Positions 13,550 to 33,496 of a stretch of 64,000 nt of DNA are shown piece after piece. The position numbers and the translations under genes are program-made. Source of the stretch: the human T2T-CHM13v2.0 reference genome, Homo sapiens. The notes under the pieces were generated by a model. The model saw nothing but the letters and a program-made list of their open reading frames with translations, made no database searches and was not told where the DNA came from. The stretch lies in assembly GCF_009914755.1 (NCBI RefSeq), contig NC_060948.1; one strand, given 5' to 3'. The first letter of the stretch is position 1, and each line of letters starts with the position of its first letter.

Positions 13550-14087
13550 TATAGTTTTGCACTGTATAACAACATATTGGTCAATTATGGACCACATATG
13601 CAACAGTGGTACCAAAATATTATGTATAATGGAGCTAAAAATTTTCTATCACCTTGTGATGTCATAGCCATCATAACGTTATAGTGAAATTGCTTTAGTT
13701 TTTAAAACAAATGTAGTGTAGCCTAAGAGTACAATGTCTATAATATCTACCATAGTATATAGTGATGTGCTAGGCCTTCACATTCACTCACCACTCATTC
13801 TCTGACTAAGCCAGAGCAACTTTCTGCGAGTTCCATTCAGGGTAAGTGCCCTACAAAGGTGTACCATTTTTATACACTTTTATACCATAATATAGTGTAC
13901 TGTTTCCATGTTTAGATATGTTTAGCTAGACAAATACCATTGTGTTCCAGTTACCTACAGTATTCAGTACTGTCACATGCTGTACAGGTTTGTAGCCTAG
14001 AGAAAATGAGCTATGCTGTATATCCTAGGTATATAGTAGGTTTGTGTGAGTATATTCTATGAGGTTTGCACAAGGACAAAATCACTT
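13550..14087 (+). mobile_element. Tigger3/MER7 (Golem) DNA transposon derivative
   Basis: 'ggaccacatatgcaacagtggt', 'taggccttcacattcactcaccactca', 'gctgtacaggtttgtagcctag'. Confidence 0.8.
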
Positions 14088-14094
14088 ATATATG

Positions 14095-14598
14095 TTAGTC
14101 TTTCCAATACCATGTAATTCTGTAAGACTTTTCATACTTACACCACTGTCCAGATTCTTCAACAGTTTGACTTTCTGTGCTATAAGTGAACATAAATATT
14201 TTTTTCCTTATCACTGTTACTCATAGAGAAATCTGCAGGCCTTTTACATATTCAACAATATCATTACATCACAGAGCAAATAATAAGCAACAGACATAGT
14301 AAGTAACACATGTAGGTTTGGTCCCATCTGAAGCATAGTGGGGAACCGGCTGTTAGCACATCTGGCCTGTACACATGCAATTTTATGATCATTGGTGGGA
14401 ATGCTTGAAAAAGATATGTTGCAGCTGAAGTGGGCTGGAAAAGTCTTTTCCCTCAAAGATGCTAAATGACCTATGTGTTATGCATCTGAATTTTTACTGC
14501 AATCTGTCACATAAGGTCAAGTGTGAAATTTTCCACTTGTAGCATCATGCCAGTGCCCAATTTTAGATTTTGGAAAATTTTTGGTTTTAGATTTTTAG
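14095..14598 (+). mobile_element. Tigger4/Zombi 3' portion
   Basis: Ends 'gtgtgaaattttccacttgtagcatcatg...attagggatgctcgacatg', similar to the Tigger4 terminal inverted repeat (TIR). Confidence 0.7.
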
Positions 14599-15930
14599 AT
14601 TAGGGATGCTCGACATGCAAAAGAAAACATAGGAAAAAACTTCTTCACTTTGGTCTTGGCAATGATATTTTGGATATGAACTTAAAAGTACAAGCAACAA
14701 AAGCAAATGCAGAAAAATGGGATTGCATCAAACTAAACACTTCTGCAAAGCCTGGTTAAAACTCAACTGAGTGAGGTGAAAAAACAGCCTATGAAATGGG
14801 AGAAAATATTTACAAACCAAACCTTATCCTTTAGATAAGGAGTTAATATTTAAAATAAATAAGGTCCCTTAATAGCAAGAAAAAATACCTGATAAAAAAT
14901 GGATTAAATGTGTGAATATACATTTCTCCAAAGATGACGGGCATATGGTGAGCAGATATATGAGATGTTGAATAGAATCTCAGGGAAATACAAAGTAAAA
15001 CCATGATGAGACATCACATCGCACTTCGTTGAATGGCTATTCAGAGATACAAAACTTAACAAGTATTGGCAAGGAAGTAGAGAAAATATATTTCCTATAT
15101 ACTGTTGTTGGGAATGTAAAATGGTGTATTTGTGTTGGAAAATAGTGTGAAGGTTTCTCAAAAAATTTAAAATAGAACTAATGTATAATGCAGCAATTCC
15201 ACTTTTGTGTATATATCCAAAGAAAATGAAGTCACATGTTGAAAATATATCTGCATTCCAGTTTTTATTGCACTATTATTTATAATAGCCAAACTATGAA
15301 ATCAAACTATCCGTCAAAGATAAATTGATAAGGAAAATGTGATATATACATGTGTGTCTGTGTGTGTATATGTATATATATATATATATATACATATACA
15401 CACACACCTATATATATACACATATATATACAAACGCACAATGAAATACTATTCAGCCTTAAAAATGAAAAAAATCTTTCATTTGCAACAATATGAATAA
15501 ATGTGGAGGACATTATGTCAAGTACAATAAGCCAGGCACAGAAAGACAGATACTGTATGATCCCACTGATATGTGGAATTCAAAAATATTGAACTCACAG
15601 AAGCAGCTTAGTGGTTACCAGGGACTGGGGATGGGGTCGGGAGATGATGGCAAAGGGTACAAAGTTTCAGCAAGAGAGGAGGAATAACTTCTGAAGTTCT
15701 ATAGTACAGCCTGGTGACTATAGTTAATAATAATGTATTGTGTACTTGAAAATCGCTAAAAGGCTAGATTTTAAATGTTCCCAGTATAAAACACAATGAA
15801 TATGACAGTGTATAGTTACATTAATTAGCTCGATTTAATATTTCACAATGTATGTATGTCAAAATATCACACCAGACACCATAAATATATACAATATTAT
15901 TTGTTGAATAGAAAATAAATTAAAATTATA
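14599..15930 (+). mobile_element. Old L1 3' portion (L1MA7-9-like) with internal TA/CA microsatellite (15343-15432)
   Basis: ORF2 C-terminal region and 3' UTR 'aaagggtacaaagtttcag...gtgactatagttaataataatgtattg'. Confidence 0.85.
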
Positions 15931-16827
15931 TATTTTAGTTCATGTGTGGAATGTGTCCTAAGGATGCACTCAGACATATATGTATCATATGAGAATGCAA
16001 TAATATTTGATCATCATTGCTTATGTTGCTGAAAGGCAGGAAAAAGGCTAAGTATCTCATAATGGGAAGATTATTAATCAATTTTGGCAAATGCATATGG
16101 TAAGATACAGTGCACCTATTTTTAAAAGTGCATAATTTTAGGTTTTGTTTTATTCTGAAATGGAAATATATCCAAAATAAGCTTTTAGGCAAAAATAAAA
16201 GTTATAAAAACAATTGGTAGTACAAATAGTGTGAATTATATAAAGAGAAACTATTAGGCCTAATAATTTAAAATGTCTGTGGATCATAATCATGATGAAT
16301 GATGCTGGTAATCTTGATACTATGTTATAAACATTAGTTTTAATTATTGATGGTGATGTTTTTCAGGAAGATTATAGATAAAATGGTGAATGGATTATCC
16401 CATATTCTAAACTCAATAAAAACTATGTACTCCAAATAAAGCATTTTATTATCATATCAATGAATTGTAGGTTTGTCTGAACTGAAAAATAAATGGACAG
16501 TGAGAATTGCTACTCACAGGTTACCAGAACATGTTTCAATCTAATTGAGACACTTTAATGAATGCAATACAATTTTCAGCTATGACTTTAATTTATTTAT
16601 CAATTAGTCCCAAAATGTACATTTTCCCTAATTATTGGTAGCAGCAAATAAGCCAGATAGCTAGAAATGCTTCTTGGAAAATAAATACATTTAAATTTTC
16701 CCAACCTTGAATTTACAAATAATTGAAACAGGATGGCTAATAGTGATTAGCCCTTAGATACGCATATTTTTTTTCTGTAGTCTTAACATTTATATCTTCA
16801 TATACCTCAAAAAGCTATTTTAATGCA

Positions 16828-19145
16828 TGCATTAGTCTATTCTCATGCTTCTATAAAGAAATACCCAAGACTGGGTAATTTATAAAGGAAAGAGGTTTAA
16901 CTGACTCAGTTCTGCATTGCAGGGGAGGCCTCAGGAAACTTACCATCATGACAGAAGGCAAAGTAGAAGCAAGTACCTTCTTCCCAAGGCGGCAGGAGAG
17001 AGCACAGTGTGCAGGGGAACCTGCCATTTATAAAACCATCAGGTCTCATGAGAACTCACTCACTGTCATGAAAACAGCATGGGGGAAACTGCTCCCATGA
17101 TCCAATAACCTCCTACCAGGTCCCCTCCTTGACAGGTGGGGATTACAATTTGACATGAGATTTGGGTGGGGACACAGAGCCAAACCATATAATTGTGCCC
17201 GTGGCCCCTCCCTCATCTCATGTTCTTTTTATATTTCAAAACCAATTATGCCTTTCCAATAGTCCCCCAAAGTCTTAATTCATTCCAGCATTAACTCAAA
17301 AGTCCAAGTCCAAAGTCTCATCTTAGACAAGGCAAATCTCTTCAACCTATACACCTGTAAAATCAAAAGCAAGTTAGTTACTTCCAAGATACAATGAGGG
17401 TACAGTCATTGGGTAAATGTTAGCAGTTCAAATGGGAGAAATTAGCCAAAACAAAGCAAAGGGGCTACAGGCCCCGTGCAAGTCCAAAACCTGCCCAGGC
17501 AGTCATAAATTTTAAAGCTCCAAAATCTACTTTGACTCCATGTCTTATATCCAGGGCAGGCTGATGCAAGGGGTGGGCTCCCAAGGCCTTGGGCAGCTCT
17601 GCTTCTGTGGCTCTGCAGGGTTCAGCACTTGCAGCTGGTTTCATAGGCTGGTATTGAGTACCTGTGGTTTTTCTAGGGCACAGTGCAAGCTATCAGTGGA
17701 TCTATATTTCTGGGGTCTGGAGGACAGTGGCCCTCTTCTCACAGATCCACTAGGCAGTGCCCCAGTGGGGATTCTGTGTGGGGACTCCAACCCCACATTT
17801 CTTTTCTGCATTGCCCTAGCAGAGTTTCTCCCTGATGGCTCTATCCCTGAAGCCGACTTCTGCCTGGACATCCAGTCATTTCCATACATCCTCTGAAATC
17901 TAGGCAGAGGTTCCCAAAGCTCAACTCTTTACTTCTGTATACCCACAGGCCCAACACCCCATAGAAACTGCCAATGCTTGGGGCTTGCACCCTCTGAAGC
18001 AATGGCCTGAGCTGCATGTGGGCCCCTTTTAGCCAAAGCTAAAGCTGGAGCAGTTCGGACGCAGGGCAGTCCTGAGGCTGCACAGAGCAGCTGGGCCCTG
18101 GGTCAGCCTCAGAAAACCATTTTTCCCTCCTAGGCTTTTGGGTCTGTAATGAGAAGGGCTGCCATGAAGATCTCTGACATGTCCTGGAGACATTTTTCCC
18201 ATTGTCTTGGCTGCTAACATTTGGCTCCTTGTTACTTATACAAATATCTGCAGCTGGCTTGAATTCCTCCCCAGAAAGTGGGTTTTTCTTTTCTACCACA
18301 TGATCAGGCTGCAAATTTTCCAAACTTTCACACTCTGCTTCCTCTTTAAACATAAGTTCCAATTTCAAACCATCTCTTCATGAGCATATATAACTGAACA
18401 TTTTCAGAATCAACCAGGTCACCCCTTGAAAGCTTTGCTACTTAGAAATTTCTTCTGGAAGATACCCTAAATTATCTCTCTCAAGTTCAAAGTTCCACAT
18501 ATCTCTAGGCCAGGGCCAAAATGCATTCAGTCTCTCTGCTAAAGGACAGCAAAAGTGACATTTGCTCCAGTTCCCAACAAGTTTCTCATCTCCATCTGAG
18601 ACCACATTAGACTGGACTTCATTGTCCTTATCACTATCAGCATTTGGGTCAAAACCAACAAGTCTCTAGCGAGTTCCAAACTTTCCCACTTCTCCCTGTC
18701 TTCTTCTGAGCCCTCCAAACTGTGCCAACCTCTGCCTGTTACCCAGTTTCAAAGTCACTTCCACATTTTCAGGTTATCTTTATAGCAGTGCCCCACTCTA
18801 AGTACCAGAGAAATACTAGAGACTAGGTAATTTATAAAATAAAGGGGCTTAATTGATTCACAGTTCCACATAGGTGTAGTGGCCTCAGGAAACTTACAAT
18901 AATGGCAGAAGGTAAACGAGAAGCAAGTACCTTCTTCCCAAAGTGGCAGGAGAGCAAGAGAGTGCAGGGAAAATTGCCATTTATAAAACCATCAGATCTC
19001 ATGAAAACTCACTCACTATCATGATAACAGCATGAAGGAAACTGCCCCCATGATCCAATCACCTCCCACCAGGTGTCTCCCTCGACACATGTGGATTACA
19101 ATTGGAGATGAGATTTGGGTGGGGACACACAACCAAACCATATCA
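16828..19145 (-). mobile_element. Two-LTR THE1 (THE1D-like) MaLR element
   Basis: LTRs 16828-17192 and ~18809-19145, THE1 internal region between; perfect 5-bp TSD ATGCA at 16823-16827 and 19146-19150. Confidence 0.95.
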
Positions 19146-20746
19146 ATGCATCATTATATATGACACTGTTGACTTTTAAAATGATAGAAATTCAACATTA
19201 TCTCAATTATTGGGTTAGAATGCTATCACCAGGGTATTTTTAAATGACAATTTAAAATAGAACTAGATAAAAAGTAAAACTTCAACAAAACAAGCAAATA
19301 ATAAAACAAACAAAACCCAGCTCTAGCCAAATACATTTCTTCATTTTTTAATCTGTAGTATTTTTCTGATTTTTATGCAAGAAATGCTAATGGTTTCATG
19401 TATTGACAGAAAAATATATCTCAGCATGATTTATGATAGAATAGAATAAATTACAAATTATTTAGACTAAATTTAATACTTGAAGTCATTTTAATATAAT
19501 GGCTTGTGGGGAACAAACGCATAATGTCATTTTACAGTTTATCACATTATTTAGACTCTTACGTCATTTAATTGATTCAAAAAATTGCAGAAATAACTTC
19601 TTTACATTATATTGTAGTTTACTGAGGCTAGACATACATAACATAAAAAATTTGAAAAGTATATAATTAAAGTGAACAGATGGCCCTTTCCAGTAAAAAC
19701 AACTGGAAATGCAAATCAACTGAAATTTGGGAATAATTGTAGCAGATGGTATAGCCTTTGTACCACTTAGATAATGGCTGCCTTCAGTCTTCCTATTGAG
19801 GTTAGTTGAACATGTTGTTTTTCATGTATGCATTTAAATAGAAATACAAAAGAAGAGCAAAATGTACTTTTGTATCACATTAGTAAATAAGGCATTCACC
19901 TGTGAAAGTTTCTAGCTGTCCTTATCTCACATCTAATGTGCAGAGTGAATAAGCTGCCCAGTGTCATAAAATTAGGCCTCTTTTAAATGAGTCTTCTACT
20001 TGAAAGACAATACAATTGTGTGAGGTCATTCCCAGGAATACAAATGGGGCAAAAATGTGCCAAAGCAATTATTAATATATACTCAATTCTCATATTAAAA
20101 ATGAATGTCATCTGGTACTCTATCAAAGTAGTATTCTATTTAAAAATTTTCTGAGAAAGAATCTAACATCGCCTGTAACATCATACATTATTGAATAATT
20201 TCTTCTTGCATTTTCATGCTAATGTCAATTCATACACCTGAAAATGAAGTCCAATATAATATTAAAGATAAAAAAGGTTAAACAAACTTTTGCTGTTCAG
20301 CAACAGAAAAGCAACTTAGAGATTTGAAGCACATGAAGATAAAATGCCATTAATTCATTTAACAAATATTTGAAAATTTAAATCAGGTTTGTGTAATCAG
20401 TCTTATGCAACAACTAGAGAAGTGATATATGTGTGATTTAAAAAAAGCTAGATTTGAAAAGGAAAGTTAAAAAAGAAAAACTTTTCAAGGACACAACACC
20501 ACCCATTGCTCTTATATTACTATTAAAAACTGTAGCTGAAAGGCAACGCTAATGATTGCCTATAGTTGCTGCTGGCCAATATAGCCAGATATATTCTGCA
20601 TTCTCAGAAACAAAATAACATAAAGCCAGTTCTTTTATTATAAACAATAGATTTTGACATTAGGTTACAAGTTCAGATTACAGGTCAGCAAGTATGACCA
20701 TATTTGTTCGGAAGAGAGCTAGAAATAATGTTTAAAATAATAAAGA

Positions 20747-21651
20747 GAGGAGGAGCCAAGATGGCCGAATAGGAACAGCTCCGGTCTACAGCTCCCAGCG
20801 TGAGCGACGCAGAAGACGGGTGATTTCTGCATTTCCGTCTGAGGTACCGGGTTCATCTCACTAGGGAGTGCCAGACAGTGGGCGCAGGCCAGTGTGTGTG
20901 CGCACCGTGCGCGAGCCGAAGCAGGGCGAGGCATTGCCTCACCTGGGAAGCGCAAGGGGTCAGGGAGTTCCCTTTCCGAGTCAAAGAAAGGGGTGACGGA
21001 CGCACCTGGAAAATCGGGTCACTCCCACCCGAATATTGCGCTTTTCAGACCGGCTTAAGAAACGGCGCACCACGAGACTATATCCCACACCTGGCTCAGA
21101 GGGTCCTACGCCCATGGAATCGCACTGATTGCTAGCACAGCAGTCTGAGATCAGACTGCAAGGCGGCAACGAGGCTGGGGGAGGGGCACCCGCCATTGCC
21201 CAGGCTTGCTTAGGTAAACAAAGCAGCCGGGAAGCTCGAACTGGGTGGAGCCCACCACAGCTCAAGGAGGCCTGCCTACCTCTGTAGGCTCCACCTCTGG
21301 GGGCAGGGCACAGACAAACAAAAAGACAGCAGTAACCTCTGCAGACTTAAGTGTCCCTGTCTGACAGCTTCGAAGAGAGCAGTGGTTCTCCCAGCACGCA
21401 GCTGGAGATCTGAGAACGGGCAGACTGCCTCCTCAAGTGGGTCCCTGACCCCTGACCCCCGAGCATCCTAACTGGGAGGCACCCCCCAGCAGGGGCACAC
21501 TGACACCTCACACAGCAGGGTATTCCAACAGACCTGCAGCTGAGGGTCCTGTCTGTTAGAAGGAAAACTAACAACCAGAAAGGACATCTACACCGAAAAC
21601 CCATCTGTACATCACCATCATCAAAGACCAAAAGTAGATAAAACCACAAAG
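20747..21651 (+). promoter_or_regulatory. L1 5' UTR: CpG-rich internal sense promoter and antisense promoter; YY1 site
   Basis: CAAGATGGCC (YY1) at 20757-20766; strong CpG enrichment relative to the window; promoter function is established for the family, not shown here. Confidence 0.85.
20981..21196 (-). CDS. ORF0: L1 ORF0 (71 aa), intact
   Basis: ATG at 21196-21194; MAGAPPPASLPPCSLISDCCASNQCDSMGVGPSEPGVGYSLVVRRFLSRSEKRNIRVGVTRFSRCVRHPFL*. Confidence 0.85.
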   Translation of the reverse strand: MAGAPPPASLPPCSLISDCCASNQCDSMGVGPSEPGVGYSLVVRRFLSRSEKRNIRVGVTRFSRCVRHPFL

Positions 21652-22668
21652 ATGGGGAAAAAACAGAACAGAAAAACTGGAAACTCTAAAACGCAGAGCG
21701 CCTCTCCTCCTCCAAAGGAACGCAGTTCCTCACCAGCAACAGAACAAAGCTGGATGGAGAATGATTTTGACGAGCTGAGAGAAGAAGGCTTCAGACGATC
21801 AAATTACTCTGAGCTACGGGAGGACATTCAAACCAAAGGCAAAGAAGTTGAAAACTTTGAAAAAAATTTAGAAGAATGTATAACTAGAATAACCAATACA
21901 GAGAAGTGCTTAAAGGAGCTGACGGAGCTGAAAACCAAGGCTCGAGAACTACGTGAAGAATGCAGAAGCCTCAGGAGCTGATGCGATCAACTGGAAGAAA
22001 GGGTATCAGCGATGGAAGATGAAATGAATGAAATGAAGCGAGAAGGGAAGTTTAGAGAAAAAAGAATAAAAAGAAATGAGCAAAGCCTCCAAGAAATATG
22101 GGACTATGTGAAAAGACCAAATCTACCTCTGATTGGTGTACCTGAAAGTGATGTGGAGAATGGAACCAAGTTGGAAAACACTCTGCAGGATATTATCCAG
22201 GAGAACTTCCCCAATCTAGCAAGGCAGGCCAACATTCAAATTCAGGAAATACAGAGAACGCCACAAAGATACTCCTCGAGAAGAGCAACTCCAAGACACA
22301 TAATTGTCAGATTCACCAAAGTTGAAATGAAGGAAAAAATGTTAAGGGCAGCCAGAGAGAAAGGTCGGGTTACCCTCAAAGGAAAGCCCATCAGACTAAC
22401 AGCGGATCTCTCGGCAGAAACCCTACAAGCCAGAAGAGAGTGGGGGCCAATATTCAACATTCTTAAAGAAAAGAATTTTCAACCCAGAATTTCATATCCA
22501 GCCAAACTAAGCTTCATAAGTGAAGGAGAAATAAAATACTTTATAGACAAGCAAATGCTGAGAGATTTTGTCACCACCAGTCCTGCCCTAAAAGAGCTCC
22601 TGAAGGAAGCGCTAAACCTGGAAAGGAACAACCGGTACCAGCCGCTGCAAAATCATGCCAAAATGTAA
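21652..22668 (+). pseudogene. ORF1: L1 ORF1p (RNA-binding chaperone) with premature stop
   Basis: MGKKQNRK...; TGA at 21979-21981 (codon 110, consistent with CGA>TGA); same frame continues with REKG, ARR, YPAKLS. Confidence 0.95.
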
Positions 22669-22707
22669 AGACCATCGAGACTAGGAAGAAACTGCATCAA
22701 CTAATGA

Positions 22708-26544
<3,837 letters not shown>

Positions 26545-26797
26545 ACAATGAGATCACATGGACACAGGAAGGGGAATATCACACTCTGGGGACTGTGGTG
26601 GGGTCGGGGGAGGGGGGAGGGATAGCATTGGGAGATATACCTAATGCTAGATGACACGTTAGTGGGTGCAGCGCACCAGCATGGCACATGTATACATATG
26701 TAACTAACCTGCACAATGTGCACATGTACCCTAAAACTTAGAGTATAATAAAAAAAAAAAAATTAAAAAAAATAAAAAAATAAAAAAAATAAAAAAA

Positions 26798-27695
26798 CTG
26801 TGATACACCAACAACAGAAAATATAGGAATAAGGAAAGCAGGGCTGGAGTGTGGAGAGGTGAGAAGAGCTGTCTGTATTGACAAAAGCAGAACCTTAGAA
26901 ACAACTTTCAGAAGCTCCTCATTAAATGAAACATTGTTATTTTCTTATGTCCCAAATATTAGCCAACTTGAGGTGAAATAAAGAGAAGTGACAGACTTTA
27001 GTCTCTGAGCGTACATCAAATGCATTGTCTTGTAGGAACAACTCTTTTACTTCAGTTACACCACCATGCTCTTTAAATTCTCTGTTATTCAGTGAAACTT
27101 TCTACTTAGGATATTTGATCAGTTGATTCATACCCAGTGTGAAATGCTTGAGAAGTTTAATTTCATGTAGTATCAGGGCAATAATCTCTTTACTTTGACC
27201 CAAACATCTTTGACTATGAAAAATCACTGAGAACAGAGGACACCCCACAAAGGCATCAACTTTGTTCTTCCCCAGCTTCACACTGTAAGAAATTTGGGTT
27301 CTCCACCTATTCCTGCGTTCCCAGGGAGGTATCGGTACAAGAAGATAAAAAATTGCTCCTTCCTATTCTAATTTAATAATAGTAAGGGAACATATATTTT
27401 ATAAAGCAGTACCTCTGGGCAGATAAATACACTGAAATACAGTGAAGGCAAAAAATAGGGCTCATATTGGCATGTTAGGGAACAATTTAAGTTAGGAAAA
27501 CTTCTATAGCAAGATAGCTGCAAAGGACATTTCAGCTGGACAGATTTTCTTTGTGCTTTCATCCAATTTGAATAGAAGATGTTTTTTGCTGTTTTATTGA
27601 GGCAACAAGTTTTTCTTGGCATTGGCACTATTTCAAAAGAATACAAAAATCATGGTTGAAAAAAAATAAAATAAAATAAAATAAAATAATAAAGA
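26798..27695 (+). other. Putative L1 3'-transduced segment, second A-rich tail and 3' TSD
   Basis: Non-L1 sequence 26798-27658; AATACA at 27640; tail 27659-27682; AAAATAATAAAGA at 27683-27695 equals 20734-20746. Confidence 0.75.
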
Positions 27696-28977
27696 AAGCA
27701 TTCAGCAAAGGGTTTTGAGCAGTGGTCTTTGACCTCTAATAAAAGGTGTTCACAATTTGCATTTGTACGTAAGTGTAAAGTTAATAGTCCAGTGAAAAAT
27801 AAAAACATTTTTAGAAAAAATTAAAATGTATTTAACAAACCATTTTTATTTATTATAAAAGATAACGCCAGAGTTACTAACTCATATTGATTTTCATATA
27901 TAAGAAAACTGGTGAGAATATTTAGTGGTTAATTTTTACATCTATGGAATAATAAATGGGTAGAAATGAGCTAAAGGAAGTATGTTTTTAGACTACAGAA
28001 GTGCCATGGGCTTAATGACTCTAAATAAGAGAGGGGAGTTGGTGGATAAACAGCTTTTGTAGTATGATTATGAGGCATGTTCAACATTGTTTCTCACTGT
28101 GTCTCCAGAAGAATTGAGTGTCTCAGATTGGTAACACACTATTTATCCTACTCTTTATAAGCTTTCTGCCTCCTGAACCTCCAATCCCCATTTATTCAGC
28201 GTGTCTTTTTGGATCACCTAGTCTGAAACTACTTACAAACCAATTCTTTTCTGAGATACTTTGAGGAGAGCCAAAACAAAGAAAACTCTTTAGAAATAAT
28301 TTCCCAAGGTTACTTCTGCTTATGGCAGAGAGAACCACACTCCCCAAAAATGAATTGAAAGAAAAATTTGGCCACAGTTATCATCACAAGAGCATTGATT
28401 GCCTCTACCTTTATAAAGCATCACTTCTTTTTATTGTCTTATTTCTCCTATATCCCACTGTCTCTCCTTTGTATCCTCTTCTTATTAACCTAATTGATAT
28501 CCTCACCTTTTTATTTCAACATTAGTCTCAGGATCTCTGGTCCTGGTTCCCTGGGCTCTGAAGAGTTTATGAAAATTTTCCATTGCCTGGAGGACTTACT
28601 ATAATTTACAATGTTATAAAGTTTAGTATTTCATAAATTGCTAGATGATGATTTTCAGTATATATTCTATGAAAATTTTATAATAAGCGTTATGTAAAAA
28701 TCACCTGCTGTGGCTAAGTTTTAACTGCCGAGACAGAAAATGGTAAATTTATCGATAGCAAAATTTTTAAGAATTGTTAATAATATAATTTGAATTATAA
28801 AACCTTAAAATGAGCATAGATTTGGCAGTGTTTAACAATTATGCTTTACTCTAACTCCTATTTGCATACCACTTAATTAGTGTAAAACTAAAATGATCTG
28901 GAAAAGCACAGATAAAAAAGCATTCTAATGGGAAACATTCTATCTCTCTCTCTCTCTCTGTCATTGATCTAAATGCA

Positions 28978-31680
<2,703 letters not shown>

Positions 31681-33496
31681 TACATTGAGTTATATATAGA
31701 GCTGGAGGCACCCAAGCTCTCTTTCTGTGTAGCTCCAACTGGAGGCTGGAATATACATATATAGAGAGGTATAAATATACCTCTCTCTATATATTTTATA
31801 TATGAATATATATTATACTTCAGCATATGACTTCAAGTTTGAACTATGTGTCAGAATTATTCTGACTCCCCCTTGAGCTTTGAATAAATACATATTATAT
31901 ATAAATCTTATATATATATCCTTTCTCTCTCTCTCTTTCTCTCTCAATCCTCCACATTAAAAAAATAAAAGTTTAACTGTGATGAATATATTCTAAACAC
32001 ATTTTAAGTGCATTTCTTCATCCTACAATGAAAAATGACTTCTGAAATAAACTAATTTTATACCTCAAATTTTGTTGGAATTTGCCCAATTTGTGGAGAT
32101 TTTCCAAGTAATTCAATGGAGATTAAGCAGTTTTTCTTTGTGAGACTGTTACTAGACAACTATAACAATAATGTTTTTTTTTTCAGTGTTTTGGTTAAAC
32201 TATTGGTAACATAAGGTCAAGCTCTGATATCACTCTTTTTTTATCAATGACTTCCAACTAAGTGGAGAGGTTTTGTTGCGTGGACATTTCTTTACACTGT
32301 GTAGCTGTTATGTTTGATAGGTCTACCTATGAAGTGCCAGGTTTTTATTAGGGGACATCTTAAATATTTGTTAATTAAATTTTATAGTTAGAAAGTGCTT
32401 TTATCAAATATACCATTTTAACTTAGAAAACCTGACATTTTGGCAAATACATGAGGCAATAAAATGAAACTTTCAATGTTCCTCTTTACTTCAGGACCCT
32501 TCCATTCTTCCCCTCTGGGCTCACGCAATTAGAAAATGACATTGCAAATTGTGCTTTTGTTCATATTTTGGAATTTTGAGTATTAGTGTAACGGTTGGCA
32601 TATCTATATGGGAAAATATATGTTCTCCTATAAGTTTTACTTTCAAACTTGACAATTTATCTTTGATGAAATTATCAAAATGTGTGTTATGAAGAACTAG
32701 AGAAATTGATGAACAAGTATTCTCCTTTGAGCTTAAGGAGCAGAGTTTAGTTGGAAACATACACTGTAAAATGTATGAGTACAATAGAGAGTGGTAAAAC
32801 AATATAGGATAAAGATGAGCAAAGAATGTGGAAGACAAAACAATAGAACTGAAACAAAATGGAACTAAACTTCTGTGAAAGAACATGAAAAAGTCACACT
32901 AAGGTGAATTTGTATATGGATGTCTAGAAGACAGGTGAGCTGAAAAACTATTTGAAAAGTGGAACATTAAAGTCTGAACTATGGGGCACAAGACATTTTG
33001 AAAAATATGTATACATTTTATTTTAAAAGGGGGATAATTAATATGACTATAATAGCAATGTAACTTTTTTGTACCACTATTCAGATTAAAAAACAGAAAG
33101 CTAGATTCTGATGGCATGATTGTTTACATAATAGAAATATGGTAGGTGTGATAGTTTGTCATAAGAAACCCCTTTCTTTTCCTGTAAAAGGAAAACACCC
33201 TGAAACATTGAGAGATGCTTTGGAAGGAACAGAGAGAGAGAGAGATTGATTTTATATCATGAAAAGCAATATGCTATAGTGGGCAATTTTTTCTTTACCC
33301 TAAAATATTTGAGTATACATACATCCTATAATTATTTCAGGAGGTAGAAACAGTCTTGTTAAAGCAATGATCTTATTCAAAATAGTAACAGTAGAGAAGG
33401 AGATTAAGTGCCACCACAAAAGGCTCATAATCAGTTAAAGTTCTTTGTCTCCTAGCAAATATGTTGAAAGAAATACCTTGAAATCTCAAAGCACAG

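Noticed and set aside
19150-20730. Non-repeat AT-rich stretch as a possible enhancer or exon
   Set aside because: No ORF, splice structure or motif cluster supportable without conservation data
26588-26620. G-quadruplex-forming tract
   Set aside because: Standard L1 3' UTR G-rich tract, not locus-specific
26798-26815. L1 TSD directly after the first polyA tail
   Set aside because: 'ctgtgatacacc' does not match the 5' flank; the match is at 27683-27695
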